In this document: one piece after another, positions 61,721 through 64,000 of the stretch | Position numbering within the stretch: the first letter of the stretch is position 1 | How the letters are laid out: each line of letters opens with the position of its first letter | Position numbers and translations under genes: made by a program | Source of the DNA: an uncultured cyanobacterium | GTDB lineage: Bacteria; Cyanobacteriota; Cyanobacteriia; Cyanobacteriales; CAWCAG01 | NCBI GenBank assembly: GCA_963793425.1 | Contig: CAWCAG010000005.1 | Coordinates: 416,001 to 480,000, forward strand | Length of the DNA stretch: 64,000 nt | Direction: 5' to 3' | Notes under the pieces: generated by a model | Database searches by the model: none | The model's input: the letters and a program-made list of their open reading frames with translations, nothing else | What the model was told of the DNA's origin: nothing

Positions 61721-64000
61721 ATGTTGATTGAGACACTTTTGGGTACTGCTGGTGGGGCTTTGGTTGAGTCTTGTACAGGAGAGATTTTTAAGAAGTTAGT
61801 TACGGACAAGGTTGATAGTCGTTTAAACAAAACTGATTTAACTAAGGCTTTGGAAGCTGGCATCAAGGCGGTTGATAGTTGGCAAAAAGAACAACCAGTA
61901 CAAGAGCATTTATTTTATCGTGTTGAAGAAAATCCTAGTAAGAAGTTATTACAGAATTTCTTTCACCATATATTAGTAGTGCAGGAGTTGAGTAAACCCC
62001 TAGCTAATCAAGAAGTGTCTCAGTTAGATTGCTTAGTGGCAGCTTTTCAGGAAGTAGTTACAAGTAAACCTAATTTAAAAGTTAATACAGCAGCAATTGA
62101 ACCTTGGTTAAAGGTATTTCTTGATGGTTATACAAAGCATACCGGGACTTTAATTCGTTTCAAGGTGGCTAGGGAAAGTTATTTAGAAGCGTTGAACCGT
62201 CGCTGTGAAGAAATTAAGTTTATTGGTATTTTGGGTGAAAACTTAGAAAAAGAAAAGTCGGCGAATTTACAGCAGATTTTTGTGATGCCGGAGGTACAAG
62301 AGTCTCGGCAAAGTATTAATCCGGTTAGAGAGCTTACACTTTTGGAGAAGGGAAAGCCCCAAGAATTGCTATCAACTTGGGAAGGAGGTAGGAAATTTCC
62401 GGCGGAACGATTGTTAGATCAAACCGATGGGAAGAAGGTGGTTTTGTTGGGCGCTCCTGGGGTAGGAAAGAGTACTCTTTTGAGGTATTTTACTTTGATA
62501 CTATCCCAGGAAGAAACAGCTAATTTAAGTTTAGATATTCAAGGAGAATGGTTACCCATCTTAATTACCATTCGCGATTATGAACGTTATCAACCCGAAG
62601 GCATTCTCAGCTTCATTCAAGATTATGCTGCTAAAAACTTTTCCTTAACTCAATTGCCCCCAGGCTTCTTTGAATATTACCTGGAACAAGGAAAAGCGCT
62701 CATTTTCATTGATGGTTTAGACGAGGCAGTTAATGAAGCGAAACGCTTTGAAATTGTCGAACAAATTGATAGCTTCTTAAGCAGATTCCACCACAACAGA
62801 GCAATCATCACTTCCCGCCCCGCAGGATATAAACAAGCATTTTTCCGAACAGAAGAGTATCCTCACTACAGCTTAGAAAAGTTTGATGCCAAGCGGGTTA
62901 ACCTTTTTATTGAAAATTGGTATAACAGTCGTACCAATGATCCAGAAGAAGCGCAAAGATGCCAAGCCAGTTTACAAAAAGCTTTGTCCGGAAGGCCAAG
63001 AATCAAAAACTTAGCCAGAAACCCTCTCCTCTTAACCATCATCACCTTAATTCATCGCTACGAAGCCTATTTACCCCGCAAACGCCATAAACTTTATGAA
63101 CGGGCGGTAGAAACTTTATTAATTAATTGGGAAAGAGGCAAAGGTTTTGAGGATGAGGATTGGCAATTAGAATATTTGCATCGCGATGATCTTAACAGGT
63201 TGATGGAACGCCTCGCTTATTGGATACATACCCAAGGAAGCAACGCCGCAACAGAAGGAGGAACTTTAATTGCTAAAACAGAATTGCAGCAACAGCTAAG
63301 TTTGTATATCGCCGAAGAGACCGACATCAAACCTCACAAAGCAGTCGCCGAAGCAAAAAGGTTTATTAATTTAATCCGCGATCGCGTCGGCTTATTCAAC
63401 GAACAAGGACAAGATTACTACGCCTTCGTCCACAAAACCTTCCAAGAATATCTTACCGCCCAAGATATCAAATATCGCCAGCTTGTAGAAGGTTCTGAAG
63501 TCGTATTTACCCATATTCACAACCACTTACACAATCCCCATTGGGAAGAGGTCTTGTTAGTATTAATCTCCCAACAACCCCGCCAGTTAGTAACTCCAAT
63601 CTTGCAAAAGATTTTACAACAAGACACTCCCTACGAACAATGGTTACATCGTAATTTATTCTTTGCAGGAGAGTGTTTAGCAGAAGATTTACCCGTTGCG
63701 GCTGGGTTGGTAGAAGAGATTTTGCAGAGGTTGGTTGAATTGGAGGTTGCGGAGGAAGACAAAGTTGGTAGGAAAATTAAACAGCAAGTGTTAAAAACTT
63801 TTTGTAGTCTTTATGATACAAAGTTTGAGTCGCAAGCTTTGGCATTGCTAAAAGGGGAAAATATTGAAGAGTGGCGTTTGCAGAAATACAAGGTAGCTTT
63901 AGGGGAGAAGGAAGTTGTTATTGTTGAGTTGCTTAACGTTTTACGGCATAAAGACTCAAAGGTAAGAAGCTATGCAGCATTTGCTTTGGGTGAATTAGGT
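61721..64000 (+). CDS. NACHT NTPase with HEAT repeats, partial (not in the ORF track; runs off the right edge)
   Basis: ATG 61721 MLIETLLGTAGGALVE...; Walker A GAPGVGKS, Walker B IFIDGLDE, ITSRP, NPLLL, FVHKTFQEYL, HWEEV; ends in a HEAT repeat start (DSKVRSYAAFALGELG). Confidence 0.9.
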   Translation, partial: MLIETLLGTAGGALVESCTGEIFKKLVTDKVDSRLNKTDLTKALEAGIKAVDSWQKEQPVQEHLFYRVEENPSKKLLQNFFHHILVVQELSKPLANQEVSQLDCLVAAFQEVVTSKPNLKVNTAAIEPWLKVFLDGYTKHTGTLIRFKVARESYLEALNRRCEEIKFIGILGENLEKEKSANLQQIFVMPEVQESRQSINPVRELTLLEKGKPQELLSTWEGGRKFPAERLLDQTDGKKVVLLGAPGVGKSTLLRYFTLILSQEETANLSLDIQGEWLPILITIRDYERYQPEGILSFIQDYAAKNFSLTQLPPGFFEYYLEQGKALIFIDGLDEAVNEAKRFEIVEQIDSFLSRFHHNRAIITSRPAGYKQAFFRTEEYPHYSLEKFDAKRVNLFIENWYNSRTNDPEEAQRCQASLQKALSGRPRIKNLARNPLLLTIITLIHRYEAYLPRKRHKLYERAVETLLINWERGKGFEDEDWQLEYLHRDDLNRLMERLAYWIHTQGSNAATEGGTLIAKTELQQQLSLYIAEETDIKPHKAVAEAKRFINLIRDRVGLFNEQGQDYYAFVHKTFQEYLTAQDIKYRQLVEGSEVVFTHIHNHLHNPHWEEVLLVLISQQPRQLVTPILQKILQQDTPYEQWLHRNLFFAGECLAEDLPVAAGLVEEILQRLVELEVAEEDKVGRKIKQQVLKTFCSLYDTKFESQALALLKGENIEEWRLQKYKVALGEKEVVIVELLNVLRHKDSKVRSYAAFALGELG

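Overview
AT-rich cyanobacterial chromosomal segment, identified by psbH/psbN, a cyanoexosortase and at least 31 HIP1 GCGATCGC octamers counted by eye. About 50 CDS; no tRNA, rRNA, CRISPR array, transposase or integrase was recognised. Housekeeping genes (tatA, psbH, psbN, FKBP, cysteine desulfurase, aroB, rfbB) are mixed with many signalling genes. Highlights: (1) a co-oriented minus-strand run at 20.2-27.7 kb in which the back half of a guanidine-hydrolase-type operon (HypB/GhaB-like GTPase with an altered Ni site, plus an ABC transporter, but no hydrolase, HypA or recognisable riboswitch) leads into sodN-sodX and a divergent PII (S49N, E85N) with an NtcA-type box; (2) an SLH/OprB porin split by a single +1 frameshift, upstream of a long hairpin and a large secreted Ser-Asp-repeat protein; (3) two 31-bp direct repeats bracketing rfbB plus an orphan cyanoexosortase A; (4) a Ycf46 AAA ATPase with two different DUF1257 genes; (5) a NACHT-HEAT protein running off the right edge. 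Three real ORFs missing from the supplied track were added: a partial secreted protein at 1-390, psbN and the NACHT gene. All calls come from motif reading and recall; no searches were run.
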